NCBI GenBank assembly: GCA_965113315.1 | Contig: OZ220364.1 | DNA: 64,000 nucleotides | Direction: 5' to 3' (one strand) | Origin: Podarcis vaucheri | Taxonomy: Eukaryota | Shown: positions 45,140-58,984 of the stretch, piece by piece | Numbering within the stretch: position 1 is the first letter of the stretch | How the letters are laid out: each line of letters opens with the position of its first letter | Translations under genes and position numbers: made by a program | The notes under the pieces: generated by a model | Databases searched by the model: none | What the model was told of the DNA's origin: nothing | The model's input: only the letters and a program-made list of their open reading frames with translations

Positions 45140-47577
45140 GTAAGTCATCCTTCTTGGTTTTTAAAGCCTTAATCCTATCCTAGAACCTCTACATAGGCAT
45201 CATGGTTGATAGCCACTGGTGTTGATTGCATCCTCTTACTCCAGTGACCTAGGTCAGAAAATCTTCCACCTTCACCTTCTTTTGTATAGGATGGAGGTAT
45301 TGATTTCTGATGTCCAGTTTGTTTTGTCCCTGACCATCCAAAACATTCGAGCACTTTGTTAAATGTTTGTTTTGAGTCCATGGGGGCATTTCTCTGCTTA
45401 AGTTCACACACTCGTCATTTGAAAAACAATTCTGTGGGTAGCTAGGAGCTGGCTTGTTAAACCGGAATTCCTTAAGATGCCTCAGATAATTAGGCACCAA
45501 GCCTTAAGTGCCAACGTAGTTTCGGTTCCAGAATTTTCCAGGCTCCTTGGAAGATATCAGTCTTCTGCATCCCTTGGTTGCTGGTGGAAGATCTTGGACG
45601 TACTTCACACTAATCAGGCTAACGTATGTCAGTGTGTAGATAGGGAAACCTCATTCTTATCCAGGCTTGTTTGTGAGGGATGAAAATTTTTACTGGCCCA
45701 CTTTATCTTGCAGACCACTCTTAGCCTGAAACAACCAGAGTGGCACCTTGATCTGGGCTGCCTCATCATTATGAGCTTAGAACTGGTTGTGTGGCTTGTG
45801 TCCCACCAAGAAAATGTGGCTTACTTGGGGCTCGGTAAGCCTTTGCTGTAGGTGCTGAACCTTAAAACAGAGCTGTCAAAGCAACTGTCAGGCAGCAGCA
45901 TAAACCCAGCAGGCTGTATTGGCATAGTGAGCCACAGGTTGTGTAGATCTACCCTGGTCTCTTGTTTAAGTAGATCGAGTCCTTCCCCATGCCCAGGCTT
46001 CCATCGCCAAATAGCCTGGGGATGGGGAACTTCTGACCCACGGACCCAATTAGGTCCTCTGGGCTTTCCTGTTTGCCCCTCAAGGCCATGTCAAGGGACA
46101 TCCGCCTTCCCTACACCCAATGTCAGGTGTGGGGCAGGTAAAGTCCTGGCTCAGCCAAAAGTGGGTCTGCAGGCACTGCCCATCAGCTTTTTAGCAGTGT
46201 CTAAAAAGGGCTTGGAAGATAGTGCTTTGAAAGGGGCTTTTGAAGACTGATTTTCTTCAGGGGCCTGTTTCAAATTGCTGTACGAAGACCCCTGTTAGCA
46301 AAAAAGGCCACCTGGTGTCATTGCCAGCCAGATCCAGTTCCCCACGCAGAATATAGCCCTTTCCTGCTCCTCTCATTGACATCATTTCTGTCTCCTAGGC
46401 TCTATGCTTTTTCTTGAACAGTGATTTTATGTGAAGTAGTTGTGAGGCCTCTTTTGCTGATTAAGTTCTACGTCCTTCTCCCTGATGGTAGGAGGAGTAT
46501 TTTTGGCCTTGGAAACGCTCTCCCATGCACCAGCAGTCATAATGGTGTGGTGCTTGGCTATGCCATCTGTATGGGAAACAGCGTCTGGATGCCAGTAAGC
46601 CAGCTTTTCCACAACAACTTTCTGCTCCTGTAGTGCTTGTCTTAAAACCTCGTGGACACTTTGGGGGCATTTCAAAGCAATTGTATATGCTGTCAAGTAG
46701 GGAGTTTTTTTAAAAAATAAAAATAACGGCTTCTGCAGAAAGATCTATTGAGCCATCAGTTAGCCATTAATCTTTTGCCCTCTTTGCTTAAACAGCCATT
46801 GGCACACAACTCTCCCGCTCCGGCACCTGTAAAAGAACCCCCTCCCCCTTTGCAAAACGCTACCCACAGTAGTTGATTGTGCTGTCTTTGGAGGACCTCC
46901 CCAAAAGCAACTCTCCAAGAGGGCTCCAGTACAAAAGAGAGCTGTGTACGACTGGAGTGTAATTCAGTGCCATTGGGACCAAGGGTGTGGTAATGCCATG
47001 TGCTCTGGATTACAATAGGGGGCATTTTGTAAGACTAGAGGGAGACTTCTATTGCGGCTGTGCTGGCTACAGCTCCCCTTGCCAAGAGTTGGATTATCTC
47101 CCCCCATAAACGCCACATTAACACGCAGCTTGAGAAACCCTTTGGATTCCTTGGTGCTTGCATCACCTATTTGTTTCTCAGTCGTGTTAAACCTTCCCTG
47201 GAAAATCAAAAAGGCTTAATCAGGAAACTATATGAGTGTGCCAAAATGAAATGAAAAACATCCAGTGCTCTTACGATGGAGGAGCAGCTGCAAATCCAGT
47301 TTCTGAAGGGTTTGGGACTCTTGGCTAAACTTTCTTTTCTAAGACACTACCCAGCACTGTCACTTTTACCCTAGTTTCTTAAGATCTGTCTGCTTTGGAA
47401 TTCATTGTCGTGCCATCGGTGAGGTCTTTGGGTCATTAAGTTTTTAACACTTCAGTTGCAGACTTTTCATAATGTTGCTTAGCTGTCGTGGGTCATAAAT
47501 TTGGGGTTTAGCATCAGAACGCTGGAATTTAATTTGATTCATTTTTTTGTTGTTGTTTTTGTTTCTCCCCTGTGCAG

Positions 47578-47670
47578 AGCAAGATGCTGGTCTTGATGCT
47601 CTCTCTTCTGTCTTAGCCCGTCAAAAACAGATGGGGCAGGAAATTGGGAATGAGTTAGAGGAACAGAATG
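47578..47670 (+). CDS. STX8: Syntaxin-8 exon 6 (first half of the Qc-SNARE motif)
   Basis: (E)QDAGLDALSSVLARQKQMGQEIGNELEEQN. Acceptor ctgtgcAG, donor GTAAGG, 93 nt. The downstream exons (rest of SNARE motif, TM anchor) were not found in the window. Confidence 0.96.
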
Positions 47671-48368
47671 GTAAGGACCGTCCTGCTTTCAGAGTTTGAT
47701 GGGTTCAAGAGAGCACACAGTCATTATTTTCGGTGTTGTACCTTCTCATAGTTCTGTTCTACTGAAAACCTTCGGCGCGTCATCTCTGCTGCATCATTAT
47801 CAACCACTCCCAATGATAGTTCCCCCCCTCCCCGAACAGTAATAGAAAAGCCACAATTAATCATCTTCATTTCTAATTGTGATGGTATAAAAGTGAATTG
47901 ACAACAGAGTTTGCTTCCCACTCCCAGCATTGGGTTCAGGCCGAGCAATGGGAAAGAGAGAGTGCCGAATTTTTATGTCATCAAAGTACAGATTTCAGAG
48001 AAGTTTTAAAAAGTGAAGAATTGTTTCAAAACTGTTACTCAATCTGCCCATGTCCGCCTGGATCATTATCTCCTGTATGGTGTGGTATGGCCCTGGATGC
48101 CACTGTGTCATAAAATATTTTCTATGCCTCCCCTTCTCTCCCATCAGTTGCAAAATTAACCAGAGTACATTGGTGTGGATGCCCCTTGGACATAGAATTG
48201 GGCCTCAGGGTACTTTTATTTTGGTCCCTGTGCCTTTGTTGGGGGGTCTGCCTCTTAGATCTAGAAAATGAGCTGTAAAAGGAGGACAGATTATTTACAG
48301 CAGTGTCCCAGGAACAGTAGTCCCTTCGCTCAAGAGGCTACAGTTTCTGTTTGTAGGTAGGTGTAAGG

Positions 48369-48556
48369 CAGGGCCTTTCAAACTGTGTGTCGGGATACAT
48401 TAGTGTGTCGGCTGCAGTGTGTAGGTGTGTCGCACGAACACTCCTCATGTTCTCCCAGGGCTGGAAAGGGCTTAGTTTAACCTCCGATTTGCTAGTAAAA
48501 CTTTGAGTTACTGTGCCGCGAAATGATGCATGTCTAAAAAGTGTGTCACCAACATG
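48369..48556. mobile_element. Partial hAT-type MITE
   Basis: Starts CAGGGCCTTTCAAACT with repeated GTGTGTCG motifs; right end not identifiable. Confidence 0.5.
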
Positions 48557-50209
48557 TAGCTCTGGTGGAGGGTGTTTGTGTGTCAGTTCATACTTGTGCT
48601 TTTCAAGGGAGCCTTCCATGAGAGCAGAGAGAGACCTAAGCAGGTTAGGTATGGTTAGCTGTTTGATTATTCCTGTCTGAGCCAGTAGGTGGCAGCACAG
48701 GACAGAAAAATGCCTAGTGCATGATCGGTTCTTGACCTTGAGGAGCGCATGATTGGTAGTTTTTCGTTTTTTCTTGGAGCTGTGCAACGCACCTTTTCCA
48801 GTTTAGCATTATTTTTTACCCATAGTTTGTCCTTTGGTCTGGGAGTATGCTTACATATTCTTTTTTAGTTTAAATGATCACATCTAGGGCTGACAATTAG
48901 ATCAGCCTTGCCATTATAAGCCCTGAAAAGTTGCTAGCCTGACTTAAAAAAAAATATGAAAGAAAAGTAGCCTCTTAGCTGCCATGGCCTCAGCCTCGAG
49001 CTCAGATCTGGGAGGATGAACTGATCGACTCTTTGGCTTTTGCACCACCCACGGGCTGAGGAACTGAACAATACTGAACTTAAGGCTAGCAGTCAGAAAT
49101 GTGTGGACCCTGAGCCAGGACCTTCACGGGCACCTTCCCCCCAGCGTGATTTGCCAGTGCAGTCTAATACCTCCTGTTTCACCTAGTCCAGGAGGCAGGT
49201 CTGGCAGGAGGCCACAGAAAGGAGCACATGCACTCTCCTTCAGGATAGGGTGTTGGCATTTTAAAAGTTTTGGCCTCTTTCACCTTAGCGCTGCTTGCTT
49301 TGCATGGATCACAACATTTGCAGGCTAGGTTTTATTATGATTATAAAGTCTCCTAACAAATGAAGCAGGGGCAGTTGTCTCTGCCCCTTGTCTGCCAGCC
49401 TACATGGTTTCCATGCTGACCGTGGGGGAAGAGGCTCAGCTTTATCCTCTACCAGTCCAGCATGGAAGCTCACTTGGTTTTGCTGCCAGCTGCAGAGGAA
49501 GTGATTTGCTTTCCTCCAGCAGGGGATATTCAGGAAGCTCCTTCCTCAGTGCCTAGGAGCACCAGGTTCGTGAGTGAGGGATAAGACTGATCACCGAACG
49601 ACTGTATTTTCATTCTTGCTACAGAGGTAGACACTTTACTTCCTTCGCCACCAGTCTGCTCACTCACCTGATCGGAATGCCTTGTTTTTCCTTGTGGCGT
49701 CCCAGGCAAGTAGTTATATACAAACACCCAGCTGTATTTTACATCCTAAAGTTTCAGTGGGATCAATTGGATCCTGCATTATAATGTAGCTTGTAGAAGT
49801 CTGGTGATGCACACCCTTTTCTTTTTCCTGGGCTAGTATGAGAGACAGATTTGAAGTTAAACCATACTGTAGCACTCACTCAGTTGTTGAGATGACCCCA
49901 TGGGAGCAAATCTATAGATTTTTGAGCTTTTCTTTTTTCTTACAGTATGGTAGAACTTTGGAATGTTTCCAGCTGTGTGATCTCTGCAAAGATTTGATCC
50001 ATCTGGTCTGCTTCTAGAGAGGGTTGTGTGAACATTAAGTGACTGGAAGGCAGCAGCTCTGATACTTCCCCATTTGCTGAGCACTTTCTTCATTGAGAAG
50101 GTGTCACTGCCAACAACAGCAGCAGCAACAACAACAACAAATTTATACCTCACCCATCTGGCTGGGTTTCCCCAGCCACTCTGGGTGGCTCCCAACAGAA
50201 TATTAAAAA

Positions 50210-50380
50210 CATAGAATCATAGAGTTGGAAGAGACCACAAGAGCCATCGAGTCCAACCCCCTGCCAAGCAGGAAACACCATCAGAGCACTCCTGACATAT
50301 GGTTGTCAAGGCTCTGCTTAAAGACCTCCAAAGAAGGAGACTCCACCACACTCCTTGGCAGCAAATTCCACTGTCGAACA
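50210..50380 (-). mobile_element. CR1 LINE 3' end adjoining an L2-like tail (50112-50209)
   Basis: CATAGAATCATAGAGTTGGAAGAGACC = antisense (ATTCTATG)n tail; peptide VRQWNLLPRSVVESPSLEVFKQSLDNHMSGVL is a CR1 ORF2 C-terminus. Confidence 0.88.
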
Positions 50381-53334
50381 TCAAACATTAATACTAGTAG
50401 TCTAAGGGTCAAGTGCACATATTGGGTCCTCATGCCCTGTTTTTCACCCTTTCTGCTCCCAATCTGATCCTGTTTTTTCCAGGGTTTCTGAGGTGCATAT
50501 TCAGCCCTGGCAAGCATTGCACAAAAGTTATCAGACTTGCCTGCTCACATGTCCCTGGGTTTATTAATTTGTTACGTACTGCGGGAATGATGGAGTGAGA
50601 TCAGCCTTGAAAATTAAAATTCACAAATGTTGTCCTAGTCTACAACAACTTTACTTGCCTGCCAGATTTGAAATGGGAAACTTTTTTTAAAAAAAAAGCA
50701 TTTCTCTAATCTCAGTCCTCGGAGAAAACAGATTAAAACCCCAGCTGTTCTGAGATTACTAAACTGAAGGCCTTAGGAGGGAAGAGATGTGGAGACTTAA
50801 AAAAAATAATCTGTCTTGACATAACTTTAAAAGAGCACCATAAAACAGCATTTGTAAAAGGAGCCGGGGGGAGTGTTCCATTGGTGGAACAGATTTAAAC
50901 TGACAAAAGTACAAACAAATAAATCAAGGTAAAATGATTATGATCTGCCCACACTGATTCCAAATCTCACCAAAACTTCAATGCATATCACGTGAATACC
51001 TTCTGCTGCTCATGTGTATGTTTGTTTAGTCAGAGTTGGAGTTGCTGAACTTCAGTTTGGGTCTCTTCCATGACTAGTTCTGAGAACTCCCATTCCTAGG
51101 CAATATAATCAGACCTTTGTACATGGGGTCTCTGATTAGCCTCGTGTGCGATGTGGAGCACATATTTTTCCAGAAGTGTTCCGCCCTTGATTAATATCAA
51201 CTCAGTATCTGCACAAATTATCGTTCAGTGATCTGTCTTGGACAGAAGACACAGTTCCCTCATCTGTGTATTTTTGGTCTGTATTGAGGCCATTTTCATA
51301 ATATGTAATCTCTGACAAGTGTACAAGCAACTGTGTGTGTTTGGAGCCAGATGAATTCGTAATGGTCTGCAGGAAAGCAGCACTGCCAAGCCTATGAAAC
51401 TAGCTCCCGTAGATCTCGTTGCTCCCCAAGAGCATGGTAAATGACTGTAATGCAAACCGCAGTGAATCGAACTACCCATCATATTTCCATATCACCACCG
51501 GAGTTGGGAGAGCCGGGTTCAAACCCCCGCAAAACTCACTATGTGCCTTGTTCTGGTCACACACTGTCCCCCTAAACTACTGATCAGTGATGGTACAAAT
51601 GACAGTGTTTACTGCTCCAAGAAGGGTGAAATATAAATGAAATTAATTAATAGTAAATTAATGTTGTGGGCGATGACAGCATAGGAAGCAGGTGCTTTTT
51701 GATTTTTGTTTCTTTGAAGAACAAGATTGTCACCAAAAGTGATTTGCAGAGTGTTGCAAACAATATCTTTCTAAAGAGTGAGCTTTAAGTACATTCTTGA
51801 TTCTGTGAATATTCTAATTCCTGTGGTATATTTAATGTTTTTCTCCTTTGGGAATGGCTGAAGTATGGTTCTGTTGCCCACGCATCCTTTTTTTACAGCT
51901 TTGTGACATGACCTGCATTCTAAGCCATCAGTTGTGCCCCTGTGACATCTTGCTATGCCCTTAGTTATAAGAAATTTCATTGCCATGATTACACAATTCT
52001 GAAGTAAGCCGCATCATTCTTGGTGGGAAGAGAGGAATATCAAGCATTCCTTCATCCATCTTGAAGATATGCATTCAAGCAAAAGAAATAAGAAGTTTTA
52101 AGTACTGTACACACAAAGAGAAAAATGAGCATTAAAACTTACTTCTCATTTGATTTTACTTTAATAGCAGGTCTGTCATATCTAAGCTCTAGTCTCATGA
52201 AAGGCTGATATTTAAGTGTAAAATAATTTAAGTGGGAAATATGAAATATATGCAAGTGTCTTCTGGTTTTTATTTTTAACGTAGCTTATCTGTCAATCTG
52301 TTGAAGCTGGAATAGGTGTGCTAACTCTAAATTGATTCCAAACATAAATCCACTGAATAAAAATGTCCCACATCCATTTCTCCTGCATTATATCACTGCT
52401 ACCATTGCATCCCTTTATCATGTGCAGAGAAAAACAAAACTGAATGGGAAGCAAATGATTAATTTTGAAAAGGAAGATACGTTGCCAGCTGAATTTTTTG
52501 CCTCTACCTTATTTCAGAGCACCTTATAAATTTAAATCCACAAAAAAATGTAAATTCTGAATTCCTGTTCACCTTGTTCCAGTTGAAGAAAGCAAATCCA
52601 TCAGCATTGTATCACCAGAATTGACCCTTCAAATGCTTTCCCCCCTCCCCCCAGTATTTTGTAATGATGGGTAACCTGCTTTTTGCCCCAGTACTGGACA
52701 TTGCATGCCAAAGGCTAAGAGTTTGACGTACTGAGAGTCAGTTGCATCCTAGTGATCCCATTGAAGAGGCTTTTGCCTGTTCCTAGTTTACTTAGTGCTT
52801 TTCCAAGAGGATGTGTAACCCAACCCAAGCATGAACAATCACACCAGAGACAGGCAATGGACCCTACAGCCTAGGTCTGACTTTTGCCATGAGGTGTTAC
52901 AGGAACAATCTGGGCACTCAGAATCTAGCAACCACAAAGTAATGAGTCACTTAGTCACATCCTGTCATTTACAGTAACTCAGGGTGATAAAGATATTTGT
53001 GTGTAATATCTAAGGAGCATAACCTCAAGTGGGACACCCTAAAAGAGTACTGTTCTATTTTGTAATAGGAAATACCTTGGACAATACATATTCTGGTGGT
53101 GGAGAAGAGTCATTGGTTGCTGGCATAAATTTTGCATCTCAAGGAGTTTATAAAGCTGATAATTCTGACTACCTCAAACATTTCGTTTCCTTACATGTCT
53201 AGGAAATGACTAATTTTATATGGGTTTGGTATATAGATGTGGTTATTTATTTTGTGATTTTTTTTTGCCTATTTTAACATTAATCTAGCTCTTTGGATTT
53301 TTAATTCTCCATGAACTACTGCCTTCCTTGATAC

Positions 53335-54030
53335 AGTGTATTTGAACTTTCAAAAAGCTGTCATCGAAGCAGCTCACCAAAGACTTCTCAATAAGCTTTA
53401 GCCATTAAGGAATAAAAGGAGAGGTCCTCTTGTGGCTCAGGAATTGGTTAAGTTGCAGAAAGCAAAGAATAAGAATAAATGGACAGTTCTCCAAGTGGAG
53501 AAGCCTAGAAAATTGAGTCCTCAAAGGATTGGTATTAGGACCTGTGCTTTTTAACTTGTTGATAAATGATCTAGAGCTAGGAGTGGGCAGTGAGGTAGCC
53601 AAGTTTGGTGATGATATTAAATTGTTTGAGTTTGTAAAATGGCAAATGCAGTTCAGTGTAAACAAGTGCAAAGTGATGCATATTGAGGCAAAGCATCTTA
53701 TTTTCATATTTATGTTTATGGGGTCTGAGCTAGCAGGAAAGAGGCCTTGGGTAGCTTCATTAGACAGCTCAATGAAGATGTCGACCCAGTGTACAGTGGT
53801 CATGAAGAAGGCGGATTCCATGCTAGGGATCATTAGGAAGTGACTTGAAAATAAAACTGCTGATATCATAATGCTGTTATACAAATCTGTGTCGTGACCA
53901 CATTTGGAATACATTTGGAGTACAGTTCTGGTTGCCGCATCTCAAGAAGGATGTTCCAGAGTTGGAAAGGGTTCAGAAAAGGGCAACTAAAATGACCAAG
54001 GGGGTGGAGCAACTTCCCTATGAAAAAAAG
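53335..54030 (+). mobile_element. CR1 LINE reverse-transcriptase fragment (degenerate)
   Basis: VLGPVLFNLLINDL...AKFGDDIKLF (FADD-like)...KWQMQFSVNKCKVMH...KKADSMLGII; internal deletions and stops. Confidence 0.9.
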
Positions 54031-54570
54031 TTGGAGTTTTATTCTAGAGTTTGGGGGACGTAAAAATATCCTATGGTACTTTTTAAAGAACTCTAATAAT
54101 GTTTTAATTGGGCCCAAGTAAATTTTAAAGCTGAAGTTTAAAAACAAGCTGGTTTTATTCATCATTACTGTATGGCTTCTTCCTACTAAAAACATATTCA
54201 ATAAGGGAAAAATAATTATTCGTCAGCTGTATCTTGTAAAACACTTCATATAGCAACTACAATTATTGACATTAGCAAGAGATTTGTTTTTGGAAATAGA
54301 AAAGCTTTTGAAAGGTTCCTGTTAATAATAATTACAGGGGGAAAGGAAAGTTAGTTACTTTAAAAAAAAAGGTTCCTTGCAACAGTCTTAATCCTCACGT
54401 TCTTCTCTGATGGTTTGTAGAAAGTCTTTTGCTTGTACCAAAAGCTTCAGTTGACACTACCAACCATTTAATTGTAGAGTTACAAATGGAGAGTTCAGAT
54501 TGCTTTTTAATCCAGTGTAAAAAAAAAATAGGAGCTGAATATGTTGTGCATAATCTTTTATCTCTATTCA

Positions 54571-54816
54571 GAGAGCCAGTGTGGTGTAGTGGTTAAGAGC
54601 GGTAGTCTCGTAATCTGGGGAACCGGGTTCGCGTCTCCGCTCCTCCACATGCAGCTGCTGGGTGACCTTGGGCCAGTCACACTTCTCTGAAGTCTCTCAG
54701 CCCCACTCACCTCACAGAGTGTTTGTTGTGGGGGAGGAAGGGAAAGGAGATTGTTAGCCGCTTTGAGACCCCTGAAGGGGAGTGAAAGGCGGGATATCAA
54801 ATCCAAACTCTTCTTC
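54571..54816 (+). mobile_element. tRNA-derived SINE with L2-like tail (Squam3-type)
   Basis: A box TGGTGTAGTGG, B box GGTTCGCGTCT, core GGGTGACCTTGGGCCAGTCAC, tail AGCCGCTTTGAG...GGCGGGATAT..(CTT)n. Confidence 0.85.
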
Positions 54817-54960
54817 AGGCAATGATGTTAAAAACTAGTCCTCCAGGGAATATATTATTTATGTAAAATGGGATATTTTGTTTTAAAGTTAATTTTTTAA
54901 AAAAATCTTTAACCTTTCCTGTGATACTGCAGCAATTTGCTCCATTAAGCTAATCAATTA

Positions 54961-55915
54961 CAGTGGTACCTTGGTTCTCAAACTCTTTGGTACTCAAAAA
55001 ACTTGGAACCAGAACCTGGCAGTAAGTGATCTGGTTTGCGAAATTTTTTCGGAAGCCGAACGTGCTCCATTTTGAGTGTTGCGCTTCTGATTTGAGGGCC
55101 ACACTTCCAATTTGAGTGTTACACTGAGGCAGCGGCGTAGCGTGAGTTGTCAGCACCCGGGGCAACGCAAGTAATTTGCGCCCCTAACCCGGGGCAAGGC
55201 AAGTAATTTGCGCCCCCCCCAACCCCTAACCTGTGAGTTGCCGCTGGCGCTGCCGCCCAAACGACGCCGCTTGCCCGGAGGAGGGGGGGGCAGAGAGGTG
55301 AGGAAAATGCAACGGCCCAGCAGCTGCAGCAGCACCGGCGGAGGCGGGGCTGTGAGGAGGGGCTGCCTGGCGCGTCCTCCGCGGCGAGCGCTGAGAGCCG
55401 CTGCCTGCCGGGCGCCTTCAGCCTGGACGCGCGCACAGCTCGTCGGTTCCGCGAGACATGCGGCTCCGCTACAGCCTGCGCCCGAGGCTCTTTGGCGACT
55501 CCGGAGGCAGCGAGCGCGCCCCCCCCAGATGTTGCGCCCGGTGCGGCCGGCCCCCCTGGTACCCCCCACACTACGCCACTGCACTGAGGACTGTCTGTTT
55601 TTGCTATTTATTTTGCATTTTTGTTTTGTTTTTGTGACTGCATGGAACCCAGTTCAGCTACTGATTGATTGATTGATTGATTGATTGTGTAATTGCAGTA
55701 CATTGTTTATTGCTTTCATTTCATGGATCAGTGGTCTCGTTAGATAGTAAAATTCATGTTAAATTGCTGTTTTGGGGGGGTTGTTTTTAAAAGTCTGGAA
55801 CGGATTAATCCATTTTGCATTACTTTGTATGTTAAAGCGCACCTTGTTTTTGGAACGCTTTGGTTTTGGAACAGACTTCCGGAACGGGTTAAGTTTGACA
55901 ACCAAGGTGCTTCTG
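54961..55915. mobile_element. Tigger/mariner-type non-autonomous element with a nested hAT MITE
   Basis: TIR CAGTGGTACCTTGGTTCTCAAAC / GTTTGACAACCAAGGTGCTTCTG; TA TSD; internal (GATT)n at ~55663-55686. Confidence 0.85.
55130..55581. mobile_element. GC-rich hAT-type MITE (long form of the 2892-3060 family)
   Basis: TIR CAGCGGCGTAG / CTACGCCACTG; perfect 8-bp TSD CACTGAGG (55122-55129, 55582-55589). Confidence 0.92.
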
Positions 55916-58900
55916 TATATGCATTTCTAGTAAGTTCATTGATGTGTCAAAATTAAGGTTTTATATGACAGCTAATGTACCATAGTGAATAGAGTGAGCT
56001 GGTAAGGCCTCAGGTCAAATGTCACCTCAACCACAGGTTTGCTAGGTGGCCTTGGATGAGCCACCATCTCTCACCCTCAGCTCCCTAATCTGTAATATGA
56101 GGAAAATGAAAATTACGTTCCTTACAGGATTGGTTTAAGGTTTGTGGAGATTGGAGGTGCAGAAGGCTGCTGGTAAAACCCTGTGTGAAATACTGGAGAG
56201 CTGCTGTCAGTCATTGTAGACAAAGCTGAACTAGCACAGATTCCTGTTGTGTTCCTATTGTGTATCTGCAGTGGTAGGAGGGGAAGTGGGTTTCATAAGT
56301 GCAAAGTGCAAAGTGTTATGTATTATATTCTAAGAAGGACTGATTGTCACCTGTCCTACTTTTCCTTCAACCTGTGTGCAGAGAGTTTATAAATAGTGCA
56401 TTAGAGCTGTATGCCACTAGTGATGGTGTCATTTACATACAGCTTCCATCTGGTTCCAGTTGCTTATCTTGCTCATTCTTCACCACTTAAGTCTTAAAGG
56501 TTACAATGATTTTAACCGCTTGTACAGCCAGACTTTGGCATCTCCCAAATGGGGAGAAGAAAGGGAAGGCCAGTTGAGAGGATAGGCATTTCGCCCTTTT
56601 GCTTTCACAGCTCATGATGGCTTATTCCTTAATGAGCTTTTGTGCTCAGTTGTTAGAAACTTACACTGCTCCCTGCCAATGTATTCCCTTAATTTAATTC
56701 AGAACCCATATCATTGGTCTCCTCCTCTTTAAGTGGAAACAGCTCGTGGGGGGGGGGGTGTTCATGTGAGATGAGGGTGGGCCCTGGTCTTCAGTGCTCC
56801 CTCTTCCATCACCCTCTCTGCTTCACTTACTTTGGGGAGGAGATCCTAAGTAAACCAAGGAAATCCTGGTTTTGAATTCCCACTATGATCCTGGAAAGAA
56901 ATAATATCCAAAATGACCCACTGATATTTCTTTGTGGAAGAGGATTAGCCTCGCACAGATATTTATTCTGCAGCTTAGCCACTTAGCATGCTGCCAAGGG
57001 GACTGAACCCACCTTAAGGTCAAATGCTGGGTTTAATGTACTTTGCATGGGCAGAATCTGTGTTGGGGGCATTCAGTGTGCATCTAATTAGCAGATCTGT
57101 GCCAGTACAAACATGCTTGGTTTTACGTGAAGAGTGAATGGTAATAAACACTCTTAAATTCTAGCTGTTCACACCTCAATAATGAGGTAGCAATTCCCAT
57201 AACCACTGAGATCGTGCTCTATTTCTAGCCCTCTGAGAATCCATACTGATAAAGCTTGAGTAGCTGTTTATCTTGCAGCATGTGTTCTTTTTTTCTATTC
57301 ACAGTGGTGCCGGGGCTTGAAGGGTATAAGCTACTTACACCCAACAGAAGACACACATTCATTCCAGAAGAGATGCTCTCTCTGCCTTGTAACAGTGTGG
57401 ATGAGCTCAAAGGAAAACTGGAAAACCCAAGCAGTGACCTTTGGGCTATTTGCTTTGCAGAGGTATGCTCAGTGAGAAAGAGCCCTGACACTGAGCTGGA
57501 ATAGAAAAGTTTTTCCTATTTATCCAAGGATTTAACGAGTTATGGAAAGGGACTATACCTTATGATGATTTGCCTTTCTAAATGCTGGATCTCATTAAAG
57601 ATAGGGACCCCTTAAATATAATTTAAACCATTCCTACACGGGTAGGAAGCCTGTGGCCATCAAGATATTTTTGGACTACAGCTCCCATCATCCCTGACAG
57701 TCAGCCATGCCAGCTGGGCCTGATGGGACTTGGCATCCAGACAATGTCTGAAAGACTCTTCATCTTTGCCTTATCCTAAATTAAAACTTGAAGGCAAAAG
57801 ATGGTCTCCCTCCAGTTCTTCAGGAATCTGCAATGCTTTATAAATTCAAGAGGTATTTAAATATTCTCATTGGAAGCAGAAATGGTTGTTTTGAGAGTGA
57901 ACAGCCGTTTCATGCAATCTTAATTTGTCAGTCACCACCCTTCCTCCCCACACAATCCTTCATCTTTTCCCTCAATTAGCAGAGGTTATTTGAAATAAAA
58001 TGCTTTGAGGAGGAGAGTGGCAAATATTTTCTTTCCAGAGCCTTTCTTATTTTTCTTGCTTTTAAACACCACATACAATACTTATCTTCTGTTTTATAAG
58101 CACTTTTTGGAATAGAGGATGCCATACTGGCCAGAGCTGTTGGTTTGTTCAATCTATTATTCTGTCATTTTCAGCATGCAAAATCCTCCCTTCCAATCCT
58201 TCCATTTCCTCAAAAAAAACCCTGCATTCAACTATACAGTTCATTAGGGATGAGTGAGGAGGAGAATATATCCTTTAACTTGAATATTTGAAATCCTATT
58301 GTTCATGGTACATTGTTACCAACTTACTTTCTTCCTAGTAGATCAGTTCTGATCACTGGTATTTCTGAAGAAAATAGTTGATTGTTCTTGTCTAGCTGCA
58401 GATGGTGGTGGAATGTATATATTATATATTTGCACTTTGATCAGTTTGGCTGCAGGGATCCCATCGCAGCAGATCTTTGTGGTCTGCGTTCATTGTTGAT
58501 CTGCTTCTTGGTGCAATTCAAGAGGTGAGTTCAATTTGCAAAGCAGAATATGGTTTTGTGACCTTTTAAGATTGGTTTCCCCTCATGTGTCCTTCAGATA
58601 GTTCTTTATGCCAGTGTGTCTGGTTGGGTGTCTGCATTACTCATTTGTTTTGGATCTATTATTTTCTAACTTCTCTTTTGTATATGTCTAATTGTAGGAC
58701 ATTGCACTGGGTTTTAAATTTTATGCTGGGGATTGCCTAGAATTTAAGAGGTAGGGGTTGACTGAGAGTTGCATTTTGTTCTTGGGAACGTCACTTTGGA
58801 CAATTGTAATCTAATCTTCATGGAACTAGTACACATTCACTATGAAGCAGTTGCCTCCACGTGTAGACAACCAGAGCGCGTGTGAGCCTGTAGCTATCTT

Positions 58901-58960
58901 GCGCTTCATGTTCCCAGATCAGGAATGCACAAGCAATCTACCACCCTCTCAGCTTTTCTT

Positions 58961-58980
58961 ACACACACACACACACACAC
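58961..58980. repeat. (AC)10 microsatellite
   Basis: Direct dinucleotide run at the tail of the L1 fragment. Confidence 0.9.
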
Positions 58981-58984
58981 AACA

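Noticed and set aside
54575-54645. tRNA gene
   Set aside because: A and B boxes are present but continue into a SINE core and LINE-derived tail; there is no proper acceptor stem or poly-T terminator.
55119-55672. Three overlapping 144-154 aa GC-rich ORFs, or a gene promoter
   Set aside because: They coincide with a hAT MITE bounded by TIRs and an 8-bp TSD; high GC explains the lack of stop codons.
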